Shown here: positions 29,513-39,396 of the stretch, piece after piece | Numbering within the stretch: the stretch's first letter is position 1 | Layout: each line of letters opens with the position of its first letter | NCBI GenBank assembly: GCA_944383375.1 | Contig: CALWPG010000001.1 | Span: forward strand, 46,827 to 110,826 | DNA length: 64,000 bases | Direction of reading: 5' to 3' | From: an uncultured Clostridia bacterium | Lineage (GTDB): Bacteria > Bacillota > Clostridia > Christensenellales > UBA1242 | Notes under the pieces: model-generated | Database searches by the model: none | What the model was told of the DNA's origin: nothing | Seen by the model: only the letters and a program-made list of their open reading frames with translations | Program-made: the position numbers and the translations under genes

Positions 29513-31663
29513 TCAGTCCTTTATCAGAGATAATATATAGTCAAAATATCGCTCCTCTACCCCACCCAAACTCAAACTTTGAGATTTAATAGTTATATAT
29601 TTTTGTTGATCTCTCATGACCTCACTAAGCCTATAAAAACGAATGCTGTCAAGCGTAGCAACCGGTGAGATTGTAGTTATAGGCTTTTGAAATGAAATCT
29701 CAACAAGTAAATTTAAAATATTGTTCTCACAAACCATAGAGGTGAATTGAACTTCTCCATCTTTTATGTTAGGAACAAAACCGTGGTTTTTTAAATGTTT
29801 AACGAATTCAGCACCATCCACAATTGTTCCAACAAAATTTCCAACCGACATGCTTGCGCGATTGAAATCTCTGATATCAATCTTACTTCGGCGAAATTGT
29901 TCAAATAGTGCATTTTCTAGTTTGAGATTGATGTTTTCAAATCTTTCGTCAAGATCTAAAGTATGCACCAAACTAACAACAACATCATCTCCCTCTTGTC
30001 GGTTTCCATATATGTAAACAATATCCTGATTTTTCACCAAAAATATAGAATACAATTTACCTTGTTTGTATTCACCAAAAACCAGCCTGTTTGCAAACAT
30101 ATTAAAAATCTTATGATAGATAAACAGTTTGTTAAACATTTCCTTTGAGTATGTTCTGTGAGAAATAAAATTATTATACAATCTTTGCACTTCTTTTTCT
30201 ATCTCATTATCACTGAGAACTTCCGGCAATATTAAGTCTTTGATTTCTTCAACATTGCGTTTATTGCTAACAGAATAAATTTTGATATATTCTTCAATGT
30301 TGACCTTAAAGTTATTAAATTGCTGCAATCTCTTTAACATTTCTATAAAGTTTGGTTTTTGAGCATAGCAAAGACACAGAGTTAAATAATTCGCCTCTTT
30401 TGACCTACTAAGTTTGTATAGTGCATATAAAAACTCAAAAACCTTGCGCTCAAACAAGCCATTTGAAAATAAAGCAAACATTCTGACACACCATTTGCTA
30501 GAAAGAATATCCTCATTTTTACAATGTTTATCAAAAAGTTTTTCCACAAAAGAATTTAAACTACTTTCGTCGAATACATCATATAAAGATTTTAAACTAG
30601 AAAGATTAAGTAAATTTTTTTCTTCTTTAAAAATATCAATTAAATAAGTTTTATCAATTGCATTTGCCTCTTTTCCACTTTTAAAAATAAGTGGTAAGTT
30701 TTCAAATGCAATACCCAGTGTACGTTCCTGAGGTTGTTTAACTTTCCTTTTTGCAAGCACACTAAAGTGCGATTCAGTTCCAAAACTTAAAGTTTCACTA
30801 ATTCCAAGCCTATGTGATAAAAACTCTTTAATTTCTTCATCTGTTTCCTCATCATATATTTTTTCTAGTCTACTGTCTACTTCTACATTGTTTTTAATTC
30901 CAGCGAGAATTTTAATGTAATGGAATCTTAACGCTCCTGAATTTGACAGATATTTATCAAAATACGAAAGTGTATCGTTTAGATATTTTTTCAAGAAATA
31001 TTCTGAATTTTCTTCACTAATATTTTTATGAGACATATCATTGAAAATTATGCTTATTCCCTTTTGTGTATTGAAAGACAAAAGTAATGTTATGTATTGC
31101 AAAATATATTGATTGCTTTCAGTCATGAAAATATCTAGTTCATCCTCGTGTTCTCTCATGTAATTTTGCATATATTCCATAGCTATATCATGCCAAAAAT
31201 ACAACGGTGATTTATCTTCAAAAATGCAACTAAGAATCAATGGCAGATATAACTCACTAGCTATTTCTCCAACGATAACAAGTTCGATAAACCTGTCAAA
31301 AAGCCTTTCTTTTATGTTGTAAGGTTTGGCCTTGCTCACATAACTCGCTCCATTGACATGACTAGCATAAAGTTTGGAAATGAATTCCATTACATATGTA
31401 AAATGATTGGCATATAGAAAAATTTTTACATAATTCATCACTGCAGGCACATAGTCATTTAACTGAAAAACAAGTTCAGCCAATTCACCCACTTTTGTTA
31501 TTTCGCTAGTAAAGTTGCTGTGATTTGCTATGTATTCAAGATCAATGTCTGACATTTTGTCAAGCATAGGGGTTGAAGAAATGTCATAAGACAAAATTTC
31601 GTTTGTTTTGTTTACAAGTTGAGAATACTCTCTTAAAACTTCCATAAAATTCTCCATAGACAT
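29513..31663 (-). CDS. Hypothetical protein with a degenerate DUF4132-like C-terminal region
   Basis: QRLY..RTYSKEMFNKLFIYHKIFNMFANRLVFG, SLVHTLDL and LFEQFRR resemble the DUF4132 pattern. Confidence 0.55.
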   Translation of the reverse strand: MSMENFMEVLREYSQLVNKTNEILSYDISSTPMLDKMSDIDLEYIANHSNFTSEITKVGELAELVFQLNDYVPAVMNYVKIFLYANHFTYVMEFISKLYASHVNGASYVSKAKPYNIKERLFDRFIELVIVGEIASELYLPLILSCIFEDKSPLYFWHDIAMEYMQNYMREHEDELDIFMTESNQYILQYITLLLSFNTQKGISIIFNDMSHKNISEENSEYFLKKYLNDTLSYFDKYLSNSGALRFHYIKILAGIKNNVEVDSRLEKIYDEETDEEIKEFLSHRLGISETLSFGTESHFSVLAKRKVKQPQERTLGIAFENLPLIFKSGKEANAIDKTYLIDIFKEEKNLLNLSSLKSLYDVFDESSLNSFVEKLFDKHCKNEDILSSKWCVRMFALFSNGLFERKVFEFLYALYKLSRSKEANYLTLCLCYAQKPNFIEMLKRLQQFNNFKVNIEEYIKIYSVSNKRNVEEIKDLILPEVLSDNEIEKEVQRLYNNFISHRTYSKEMFNKLFIYHKIFNMFANRLVFGEYKQGKLYSIFLVKNQDIVYIYGNRQEGDDVVVSLVHTLDLDERFENINLKLENALFEQFRRSKIDIRDFNRASMSVGNFVGTIVDGAEFVKHLKNHGFVPNIKDGEVQFTSMVCENNILNLLVEISFQKPITTISPVATLDSIRFYRLSEVMRDQQKYITIKSQSLSLGGVEERYFDYILSLIKD

Positions 31664-31701
31664 TTTATCAAAGTTTTATAAAAAAACAAAACACTTTAAA
31701 A

Positions 31702-32049
31702 TTATTTAATGGTAAATAAATATTTTAATTTCTTTCCATATTCACCATAATAGATTTTTTTATTATGAAACTCATGTTTTAAGGTGTTATTAGAAAAACT
31801 TTCATTTATTGCATCTACTACTATAGCGTCATAATATTTTGAGCCAATGATATCATGAAGTTGTTCACAATCAAAATATTGCGCTTCTAGTGGAAAGTAA
31901 TCAAACATATAATTGAGCAAAGGCTTATACTCACATCCCCCCATAAATAACAAATGCTTGTAATGACAAAAGCAAATACTAGAAATCTCATATGGAATGG
32001 GATCATCTTCAACTATACTTAAAAGCCAAAAGGTCATCATCTCAATCAT
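31702..32049 (-). CDS. Hypothetical protein coupled to the upstream membrane gene
   Basis: ATG 32049 overlaps the upstream TGA (ATGA) and follows an AGAGGA RBS. Confidence 0.6.
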   Translation of the reverse strand: MIEMMTFWLLSIVEDDPIPYEISSICFCHYKHLLFMGGCEYKPLLNYMFDYFPLEAQYFDCEQLHDIIGSKYYDAIVVDAINESFSNNTLKHEFHNKKIYYGEYGKKLKYLFTIK

Positions 32050-32552
32050 ATCAAATTTCCTCTTATACAAACTGCCACGATGGTACACAAAATACTCAAA
32101 AAAAGAAAGAAGAGTGCATAATTAAAGTAACTAAATTTTATACTAACCAATTTTGCAATTGAGATCACTTCTCTGGCCAGATCTAAATCCATTTCATCGA
32201 TTTCATACTCTTTTGGCAAATTATATTCTTTTTTTATTTTTTTCACATATCCAATGTCTGTATATTGGCTAATCGTTCTATAACTCATCAAATTCTTTTG
32301 ATTTACTTCACGTTCTTCATGAGATATCTTTACATTTCTCGAAAGCAATGCAACGAAAGAATATATAATGGATAAAAGTGCCAACATGATTGTACCACTT
32401 GCCAAAATATTAATTAATTGATTGTTTGAAAAATATGTACTTGCAAAAGCTATTACAGCCGAAGCAATCGTCATTGTTATACTATGTTTAGTCTCTGCAT
32501 ACTTGAGATTTTCAAACAATGTTTGGTATATATATTTGAGTGTCTGCTTCAT
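32046..32552 (-). CDS. Pycsar effector-like (PycTM/DUF5706) membrane protein
   Basis: LKYAETK, two N-terminal TM helices, NLMSY..I, DLAREVISIAKLVSIKF and a C-terminal TM helix. Confidence 0.65.
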   Translation of the reverse strand: MKQTLKYIYQTLFENLKYAETKHSITMTIASAVIAFASTYFSNNQLINILASGTIMLALLSIIYSFVALLSRNVKISHEEREVNQKNLMSYRTISQYTDIGYVKKIKKEYNLPKEYEIDEMDLDLAREVISIAKLVSIKFSYFNYALFFLFLSILCTIVAVCIRGNLI

Positions 32553-32572
32553 GCAAGTATTTTGTGCAAAAA

Positions 32573-33409
32573 TTATTCAAATATTTCACTTAACGTAATT
32601 GTTGGGCTATATTTAACTGCTAGATTATTAATTGTGATTTCCGAAATTATTTTCATTGAATTGTTATTTAATAAAACATAAAAGATGTTGAATTTGAATT
32701 TGGACATCTTGGCCATTATTTTATATATAGGTTCAGTACCCAATACCAATAAAAACTTAATTTGATTATTTTTTTTATAAAAGTTTTTTCTATTAGAAAA
32801 TAAACTTAGATAACCATATGAAGTGGATTTATTAGGCTCTAAAATCCCTATAAATAAGAACAGGCTTATAATCAGCAAGTTTGTATTTATAACATTAAAA
32901 AATAGACCTAAAATAAAAGTCAATATAAATACTATACAAATTAACAAATTAAAAATTAAAGTGATTTTAATGGCAAATTTCCTGTCGTGTTTTTTTGTAA
33001 GAATGGCCGCCAGAATTCTTCCGCCATCAAGTGGAAAGCATGGCAAAAAATTAAATGTAAACATAACCACATTCGCCAGACAGAACATTCTTGTATAGTT
33101 ATAAGTTATGGGAAAGAGCCACCATAGTGCTATACTCATTGTTGCCAAAACAAAATTAACAATCGGCCCACTCATGGCTATAAGTATTTCATCTTTTGGT
33201 AGAAATGCATTAGTCTTGTAGTTTAAACACACACCATATGGCATCAATAAAAGTTTATCCAACTTGTATCCTAACTTTCTAGCGACATAACTGTGTGCGA
33301 ATTCATGAAGAGAGACGACCAACATATAAATCAATATGCTCTCATATTGTCCCATGATTATTAAAAAAATTAAGTATATTATAAAAAGTGGATGAATTTT
33401 ATATTTCAT
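32573..33409 (-). CDS. spoIVFB: M50 intramembrane protease, SpoIVFB-like
   Basis: IHPLF start, HEFAH, SGPIVN and NFLPCFPLDGGR; downstream of minDE. Confidence 0.8.
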   Translation of the reverse strand: MKYKIHPLFIIYLIFLIIMGQYESILIYMLVVSLHEFAHSYVARKLGYKLDKLLLMPYGVCLNYKTNAFLPKDEILIAMSGPIVNFVLATMSIALWWLFPITYNYTRMFCLANVVMFTFNFLPCFPLDGGRILAAILTKKHDRKFAIKITLIFNLLICIVFILTFILGLFFNVINTNLLIISLFLFIGILEPNKSTSYGYLSLFSNRKNFYKKNNQIKFLLVLGTEPIYKIMAKMSKFKFNIFYVLLNNNSMKIISEITINNLAVKYSPTITLSEIFE

Positions 33410-33605
33410 TTTATCACCACTTGTAAAATATTCAATATATTAAAAAATAAAAAAATTGAGGAAACAAAAATGCTAAGATTTAAAACATGTGCCAAAAAAA
33501 TTTCCTCGTTTATTCTATGTTTATAAACAACAAGTTCAATTGGTGATGCCCGTGTACATTCTATTTGTTTTCCCAAATTTTCCACAATATATTTTATTTT
33601 ATTAC

Positions 33606-33845
33606 CTACACACTTAGAACACCAATTGACTTCACTCTTTTTGCCTGTATTTCTACATTAAACTCAATTCCATCATCAGTTATATCTGCAGTAATATTTA
33701 CTTTTGGTTCGTCCATGTAGCACATACAAACATTTTTGATGTCACTGGATAGTACTTCACATAATTTTTCTGGACTATTTTCTTTGTCATCAACAAGAAC
33801 TCTTTTGAGTCTATTTTCTCCAATTTGAGCAATCGTAACTTTCAT
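33606..33845 (-). CDS. minE: Cell division topological specificity factor MinE-like
   Basis: NRLKRVLVDDK..DIKNV..YMD; coupled to minD. Confidence 0.7.
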   Translation of the reverse strand: MKVTIAQIGENRLKRVLVDDKENSPEKLCEVLSSDIKNVCMCYMDEPKVNITADITDDGIEFNVEIQAKRVKSIGVLSV

Positions 33846-33848
33846 ACA

Positions 33849-34637
33849 TCACACCTTCCTTTTAAGATTTCGCCTAAAAGCCCCAAAAATACCCCTATAT
33901 TTTTGTTTGCAATCATAAACCTTCTGTGTTCCATTATGTAAGTTTTCGGCAAGCAACATCCAAGCTCTATTTGATTCCCTTCCACCTAAAGCACCTATAC
34001 TGGATAGAGCTGCAATATCATCATCTTCAGGGACTACACCAAGTACTGGAATATGTAAAAATCTTATTATTTCATCTACATCAATCATTTCGCCATTCAT
34101 CATAAGATCGCCACGAACTCGATTAACAACAAGATATTTTTGATTTAAATTGTAAGTTGCGAGTATTGACAACACTTTATCTGCATCACGTATACTTGAA
34201 ATGTGAGGTGTGACTACAACGACTGCCTCTGTAGCACACGATACTGCACGTTTAAACCCTTGTTCAACGCCCGCTGGACAATCGATAAAAATATAATCAA
34301 AACTAGGCTCCAAACTTTTAACAACTCCCATTATATCATTTGCTGAAACTTCTTCACCCCGATATGAATGAGCCGAAGGTAATATATAAAGGTTTTCAAA
34401 ATTCTTATCCTGAACAAGAGCTTGCGTGGCACGACATCTGCTCTCAATAACATCTATGATATCAAAAACTACTTTGTTTTCAATACCCATAACAACATCT
34501 AAGTTATTAAGTCCAATATCAACGTCAAGAACGCAAACCCTGAATCCAAGATTTGAAAGAGTGGCACCAAGATTGGCACACACCGTCGTTTTTCCAACAC
34601 CACCCTTACCACTTGTAAATACTATCTTCCTTGCCAT
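33849..34637 (-). CDS. minD: Septum site-determining ATPase MinD
   Basis: SGKGGVGKTT, DIGLNNLD and IDCPAG. Confidence 0.94.
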   Translation of the reverse strand: MARKIVFTSGKGGVGKTTVCANLGATLSNLGFRVCVLDVDIGLNNLDVVMGIENKVVFDIIDVIESRCRATQALVQDKNFENLYILPSAHSYRGEEVSANDIMGVVKSLEPSFDYIFIDCPAGVEQGFKRAVSCATEAVVVVTPHISSIRDADKVLSILATYNLNQKYLVVNRVRGDLMMNGEMIDVDEIIRFLHIPVLGVVPEDDDIAALSSIGALGGRESNRAWMLLAENLHNGTQKVYDCKQKYRGIFGAFRRNLKRKV

Positions 34638-34728
34638 TTCTACCTCAAAATTAAGTTTAATAACATAATAAAAAAAAGCAAAGGAACATTTTGTACTATT
34701 ATGTCCCTTTTATGCTATTTTTGTTTTG

Positions 34729-35733
34729 TTATTTTTGTGTCACTGTTTCTAAAAGATTTATATTGTTAACAAGTCTTGTAAGGCCTTTTTGTGCAGCAAT
34801 ATCGCTCTCGTTGCTTACTAAAATATTTATTCCCAACTTTGTTCTAAGGTATTTTTCCAAACCAACAATTTTAGAATATCCACCTGTTATGGTTATACCA
34901 TTCCTGGTGACATCTGCTGCCAGTTCTGGTGGAAGTTGTATAATGGTCGTCTCTATCACCCTTATAAGTTCATCCAAAAACATAGTCATAGAATCAAAAA
35001 CATCTTTTGCACTGACTTCAATGGTATCAACAAGCATAGTTTCATTGTCAATACAAGAAACTTGCATAGTTGATGAGTCGTTTTGATATAAGCTGCCGAT
35101 ATCCTCTTTCAAGTTTTGAGCAGTCTTTAGACCTATTGTGACTCCGTATTTTTTTTGAATGAACTCTACAATCATACTATCAAGTGTCCGACCACCGAGA
35201 GCAAGTGTTGAGCCACAAACAACATGATTCATGTTAATAACAGCACAATCAATAGTTCCACCACCAATATCCACAACCATTTTTGCACTATTGGCACTTA
35301 TATTAATGTTTTCACCCAATGCACTGGCTATAATTCCCGGAACAATTACTACATCCTTGATTTTTACAGCATGGCACAATTCCATATACTTTTGGATTTC
35401 TTGCTCTTGCATCCCTACTGGCAAGAGTAAAACAAGTTTAATAGGATTTAAAAAACTAGGTTTTAAGTGAATTTTCTCAAGCAACTGTTTTAATAATATT
35501 ACTGCATAATCAAAGCTTACAATCTCACCAAAACCAACAGGACTAAATGTTGTAATATTGTCTCCCGTTTTGCCTAAAAGTTTATTTGATTGATTGCCCA
35601 CACATTCAAGCGTGTACCCATTTGTGGTTCTTCTTACTGATACTAAGTTTGACTCTTTTAAAATCAAACCTTCATTTTGCATGACTACAACTATATTGGA
35701 ACTACCAAAATCTAACCCTAAAATTGTTTGCAT
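34729..35733 (-). CDS. mreB: Divergent MreB/Mbl family actin-like protein
   Basis: GLDFGSS, VVDIGGGT, LPPELAAD and ITGG. Confidence 0.75.
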   Translation of the reverse strand: MQTILGLDFGSSNIVVVMQNEGLILKESNLVSVRRTTNGYTLECVGNQSNKLLGKTGDNITTFSPVGFGEIVSFDYAVILLKQLLEKIHLKPSFLNPIKLVLLLPVGMQEQEIQKYMELCHAVKIKDVVIVPGIIASALGENINISANSAKMVVDIGGGTIDCAVINMNHVVCGSTLALGGRTLDSMIVEFIQKKYGVTIGLKTAQNLKEDIGSLYQNDSSTMQVSCIDNETMLVDTIEVSAKDVFDSMTMFLDELIRVIETTIIQLPPELAADVTRNGITITGGYSKIVGLEKYLRTKLGINILVSNESDIAAQKGLTRLVNNINLLETVTQK

Positions 35734-35745
35734 GTACTATTCCTT

Positions 35746-36783
35746 TTAATTTAAAACAATATTAACACTTTGTACTACATTATTTCTATACAAATTTACA
35801 GTTACTTGCTGACCACTTGACAATTGCATTAAAGCATAGATTAAATCATTCCTACAATCAATTTTATATGTAAAAACATCATGAGAAATTGATATAATAA
35901 CATCTCCAACTTGGAAATTTCCATCATTATTTTCAACCAAAGTTACGTAAAGTCCATTATCGTTTATATAATCATAATTATAAATATCACAAATAGTGCT
36001 GTCAATAACACTTATTCCAATAGTGGGCAAAACATATTGCTGATTTGTGTTATAATTTTCAATAACTTTATCTAGTACAAGCAGCACAGGATAAATTGGA
36101 ACAGCAAAATACATTTCATTCCCACTATCTGAACCCAATGTATTTAAACCAATTAAATTTCCATTCAAATCAAAAAGTCCACCACCACTATTTCCATTGG
36201 ATATTGAAGCAGTGTGCTGAATCAAATCTTCATATACATTTTGGCTTAATAAACCTGATCTAGCAGATAGTGTGTATCTGTCAAGTCCACTTACATAGCC
36301 ATAAGTGCAAGAATTTTGATACGCAAAATCAATTGGAGTGCCAATAGCAATAACCGGTTCAAGTAAACGAAGTTTATTTTGGTTATTAATCACCCTATCT
36401 ATTGCTTTTACATAAGGAATATCATTTTTTTCACATTTTAAAATTGCAACATCCAAATTTGAATTTGACCATAAGATTTCTGCATCATACCCAGTGCTTT
36501 TTTGACCATTTAAATATATTGAAATAGACAAATTATCATTTGAAAGTGCACTGTAGATTACATGGTAGTTCGTAACAATATATCCTCCATCGCGTATACA
36601 CACACCACTGCCCATGCTCACCTGCGCATCTGTTTGTTCATTATCAACAAAAACGGTCACTACACTATCAATAACTTTTGCAGCTACATCTGAAGGTGCA
36701 GTTTGCGACGGATTGCCACCACACCCATAAAATGCAAAAAGTACAAGTAAAATAAGAGATAGCAAAAAGGTATTTTTTTTCAT
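35746..36783 (-). CDS. HtrA-like serine protease with PDZ, probable lipoprotein
   Basis: TNYHV, DVAIL and GNSGG catalytic triad; signal peptide ending FYGC. Confidence 0.88.
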   Translation of the reverse strand: MKKNTFLLSLILLVLFAFYGCGGNPSQTAPSDVAAKVIDSVVTVFVDNEQTDAQVSMGSGVCIRDGGYIVTNYHVIYSALSNDNLSISIYLNGQKSTGYDAEILWSNSNLDVAILKCEKNDIPYVKAIDRVINNQNKLRLLEPVIAIGTPIDFAYQNSCTYGYVSGLDRYTLSARSGLLSQNVYEDLIQHTASISNGNSGGGLFDLNGNLIGLNTLGSDSGNEMYFAVPIYPVLLVLDKVIENYNTNQQYVLPTIGISVIDSTICDIYNYDYINDNGLYVTLVENNDGNFQVGDVIISISHDVFTYKIDCRNDLIYALMQLSSGQQVTVNLYRNNVVQSVNIVLN

Positions 36784-36829
36784 ACAACTCCTTAAACTAA
36801 AATCTCATATCGATGATATGAGAAATTAA

Positions 36830-38320
36830 TTATATTATCTGTAAATTCTTTTTTAATATTTTCTTGAAATCTGCTGCCAGTTTCATAGCTTGTCTAATAT
36901 CAAATGCCGCATCGCGCTTTACAATTGTTTTCATTATTATTGAATCGCCTAAAATATCACAACTGATATCATGAACGTTTCCACTTTTTGAACTATCTAA
37001 TTTTGAAGCTAAATTGATTATTACCCCAAGCTTTCTAACTGCATCCAAATCATCTTCAGTCAATATATCCTTGTACTTAACCCACTCTGATAAAGATAAA
37101 TTGTCAAGGTTTTGACACTTACAAGCAAACCCAGCCAAAAGCAAGTCCTTGTGAGAAACTCCATTCAATTTTGAGTTTATGATAACGTCCAAGCTATATT
37201 TTGTATAGTTATCAAAATTTATACGTTTACCGCAATCATACATTGATGATGCAATTCTTAATGGTTTGATGTACCCTCTTGGCAACTTGTGCATTACTTT
37301 TAACTGCTTGAATAATATCAACGCCAAATTGTAAACATTCAAAGTATTACTTTTTTGCATATCATAAAAGACTCGTATATTATCTAAACTATAAGCAAGC
37401 ATATCACTAAGTGGCTTGTCGTTTGTCTCTGGCACAACATAATTATAGATTAATCCCTCACTAAGACCACCTGAAGATACAGAAATATTCTGGACATTAA
37501 AAACCTTCAACACGCCTTTTAATATTGCCATTCCAGAAACAAGATAATCAGCCCTATCCTCACTCACACCCTTTAATTTCACCGTTTGATCAAGATCCAA
37601 ATCTTTGACCTTATCAAATACCGCATCAAAAACATTGGAGGAAACCACATAGTTATTGTCAATGTCAAGTGGATAATGAGCAACACGTTTTGCAAGTTTT
37701 CCAACGCTTATCATTGTTTGACCTGTGCCAACATACATTACATCTTGTTCTGTTGGAAGAAAAATTTCCATACCTTCTAAATCATTGTTTACTTTTTCAA
37801 TAATCTCCGAATAAGGAACTTTGTTTTCGGCCAAACTTACGCAACCATATGGTAGAGTTTTAATATTCAATATAGTTCGTCTGTTATAATTGATCACATG
37901 TGTATAATTAGCTTCCACATCAATTATAACACCTTTTGGAACATCGACATAGTTTATGACGCCGCTATAAATTGCTTTTATTTCCTCATCCATGTTTAAC
38001 ACAGTGAAAGAAAATGATGTATTGTTGTATATCTCATCAAAGAAACTTTTTTGATTTTTTGCCTCTTTAATAAAGCTCGTAGCAACTGCAATAACTTTTG
38101 ATATAGAATTGTTTTCGCATACCATTCTGAACATCTTTAGTACATTTAATGTCTCGGTTATTTTAATTGAAGAAATTATTCCTTCACTTAAAACTGACTG
38201 GCCAAGTTTAAGGTTTTCGTTTACCTTGTCAAAAACATTGTAATATCCACCAGGTACCACATTCATTAAAACAAGTTTTAAATCAATTTCATTCATTTCA
38301 ATAATAGCAATTTTTTCCAT
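36830..38320 (-). CDS. Ppx/GppA family protein with degenerate catalytic motifs
   Basis: AVATS, GVSEDRAD, GLSEG and C-terminal HD-like region; GSNS and GGGSTE motifs altered. Confidence 0.8.
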   Translation of the reverse strand: MEKIAIIEMNEIDLKLVLMNVVPGGYYNVFDKVNENLKLGQSVLSEGIISSIKITETLNVLKMFRMVCENNSISKVIAVATSFIKEAKNQKSFFDEIYNNTSFSFTVLNMDEEIKAIYSGVINYVDVPKGVIIDVEANYTHVINYNRRTILNIKTLPYGCVSLAENKVPYSEIIEKVNNDLEGMEIFLPTEQDVMYVGTGQTMISVGKLAKRVAHYPLDIDNNYVVSSNVFDAVFDKVKDLDLDQTVKLKGVSEDRADYLVSGMAILKGVLKVFNVQNISVSSGGLSEGLIYNYVVPETNDKPLSDMLAYSLDNIRVFYDMQKSNTLNVYNLALILFKQLKVMHKLPRGYIKPLRIASSMYDCGKRINFDNYTKYSLDVIINSKLNGVSHKDLLLAGFACKCQNLDNLSLSEWVKYKDILTEDDLDAVRKLGVIINLASKLDSSKSGNVHDISCDILGDSIIMKTIVKRDAAFDIRQAMKLAADFKKILKKNLQII

Positions 38321-38334
38321 TTTTCCCTCTACAA

Positions 38335-38502
38335 TTATCTATTTATCTTAATGGCATTTACTGGACAAACAGCTTCACAAGTGCCACATTTTATGCAAAT
38401 ATTCGGATCTATCCAAGCCTTTCCTTCTTTATATGATATAGCATTTACCGGACACATCCCCAGGCAAGTGCCACAAGAAATGCATTTTTTAGGGTCAACC
38501 AT
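38335..38502 (-). CDS. 2[4Fe-4S] ferredoxin (55 aa; not in the ORF track)
   Basis: Hand translation MVDPKKCISCGTCLGMCPVNAISYKEGKAWIDPNICIKCGTCEAVCPVNAIKINR; two CxxCxxCxxxCP motifs; AAGGAG RBS. Confidence 0.93.
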   Translation of the reverse strand: MVDPKKCISCGTCLGMCPVNAISYKEGKAWIDPNICIKCGTCEAVCPVNAIKINR

Positions 38503-38566
38503 ATTATCATCTCCTTAACTGTGATTTATTGTAACATAACAATAAATATTTGTCCACTGTTAAAGT

Positions 38567-38929
38567 TTATTTTTTTAATATTTTGACAAACTCAAAAATG
38601 CTTAAAATAATTAAGAAAACACCAAATAGAATTTTTAAAATGTCGCCGTCAATCAAATTGGCCAAAAAACTTCCTCCTATGGCGAAAACTATACCTGAAG
38701 GAATTAAAATGTACAAATATTTGGGCTCAATTAGTTTGTTTTTGGCATGAATTAAAATGGCGATTAAACTCATAGGTAAAAATGCCAAAAGATTATATCC
38801 TTGTGCAAGAATTTGACTAACATCATTAAAAATTGTCAATAATGGTATGAGTAAAGTTCCTCCACCCATACCCATTGCTCCAACTACTCCTGCCAAGAAG
38901 CCAAAGATAATAAATAAATACCACATCAA
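38567..38929 (-). CDS. TauE/SafE (TSUP) family half-transporter
   Basis: GAMGMGGGTLLIP; four TM segments. Confidence 0.85.
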   Translation of the reverse strand: MMWYLFIIFGFLAGVVGAMGMGGGTLLIPLLTIFNDVSQILAQGYNLLAFLPMSLIAILIHAKNKLIEPKYLYILIPSGIVFAIGGSFLANLIDGDILKILFGVFLIILSIFEFVKILKK

Positions 38930-39297
38930 ATCACCATCTTAATACCTACTCCAAGCATAAGTATGGCAAAAATTACTCTCAAAACTTTATTGTTAATCTT
39001 ATTGAGCCATAATGCACCTACTATGCCACCGATTATTGTCCCCAAGCTTACCCAAGATAAATTTATAACGTCGACATCATTCTTGATTATGTATATCACT
39101 GCACTGACAATACTTAAAGGAAGAATAATGCAAAGTGTTGTCGCATGCGCACGTTTACTTTCAAGTTTCATAAAGCTTTCCAAAATTGGAACACAAAGCA
39201 TCCCACCTCCACCTCCAAAAAATCCATTTACAAGCCCAATGGATGCTCCACAAAGGATAAGGACAGCTATTTGCTTTTTTGAAAAATTGTTTTTCAT
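38926..39297 (-). CDS. TauE/SafE (TSUP) family half-transporter
   Basis: NGFFGGGGGMLCVP and AHAT; four TM segments. Confidence 0.85.
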   Translation of the reverse strand: MKNNFSKKQIAVLILCGASIGLVNGFFGGGGGMLCVPILESFMKLESKRAHATTLCIILPLSIVSAVIYIIKNDVDVINLSWVSLGTIIGGIVGALWLNKINNKVLRVIFAILMLGVGIKMVI

Positions 39298-39396
39298 AAA
39301 AATATTGTTGCACAAATATCGAAAAATATTTGCAAATATTAATAAGATGCTTTATACTAGCATAGTTAATTCTTATTTACTTTAAAGGATGTTTAT

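Noticed and set aside
33440-33510. GAGGAAA/TTTCCTC inverted repeat upstream of spoIVFB as a riboswitch
   Set aside because: Only a short stem with a long AT-rich loop and no recognisable aptamer
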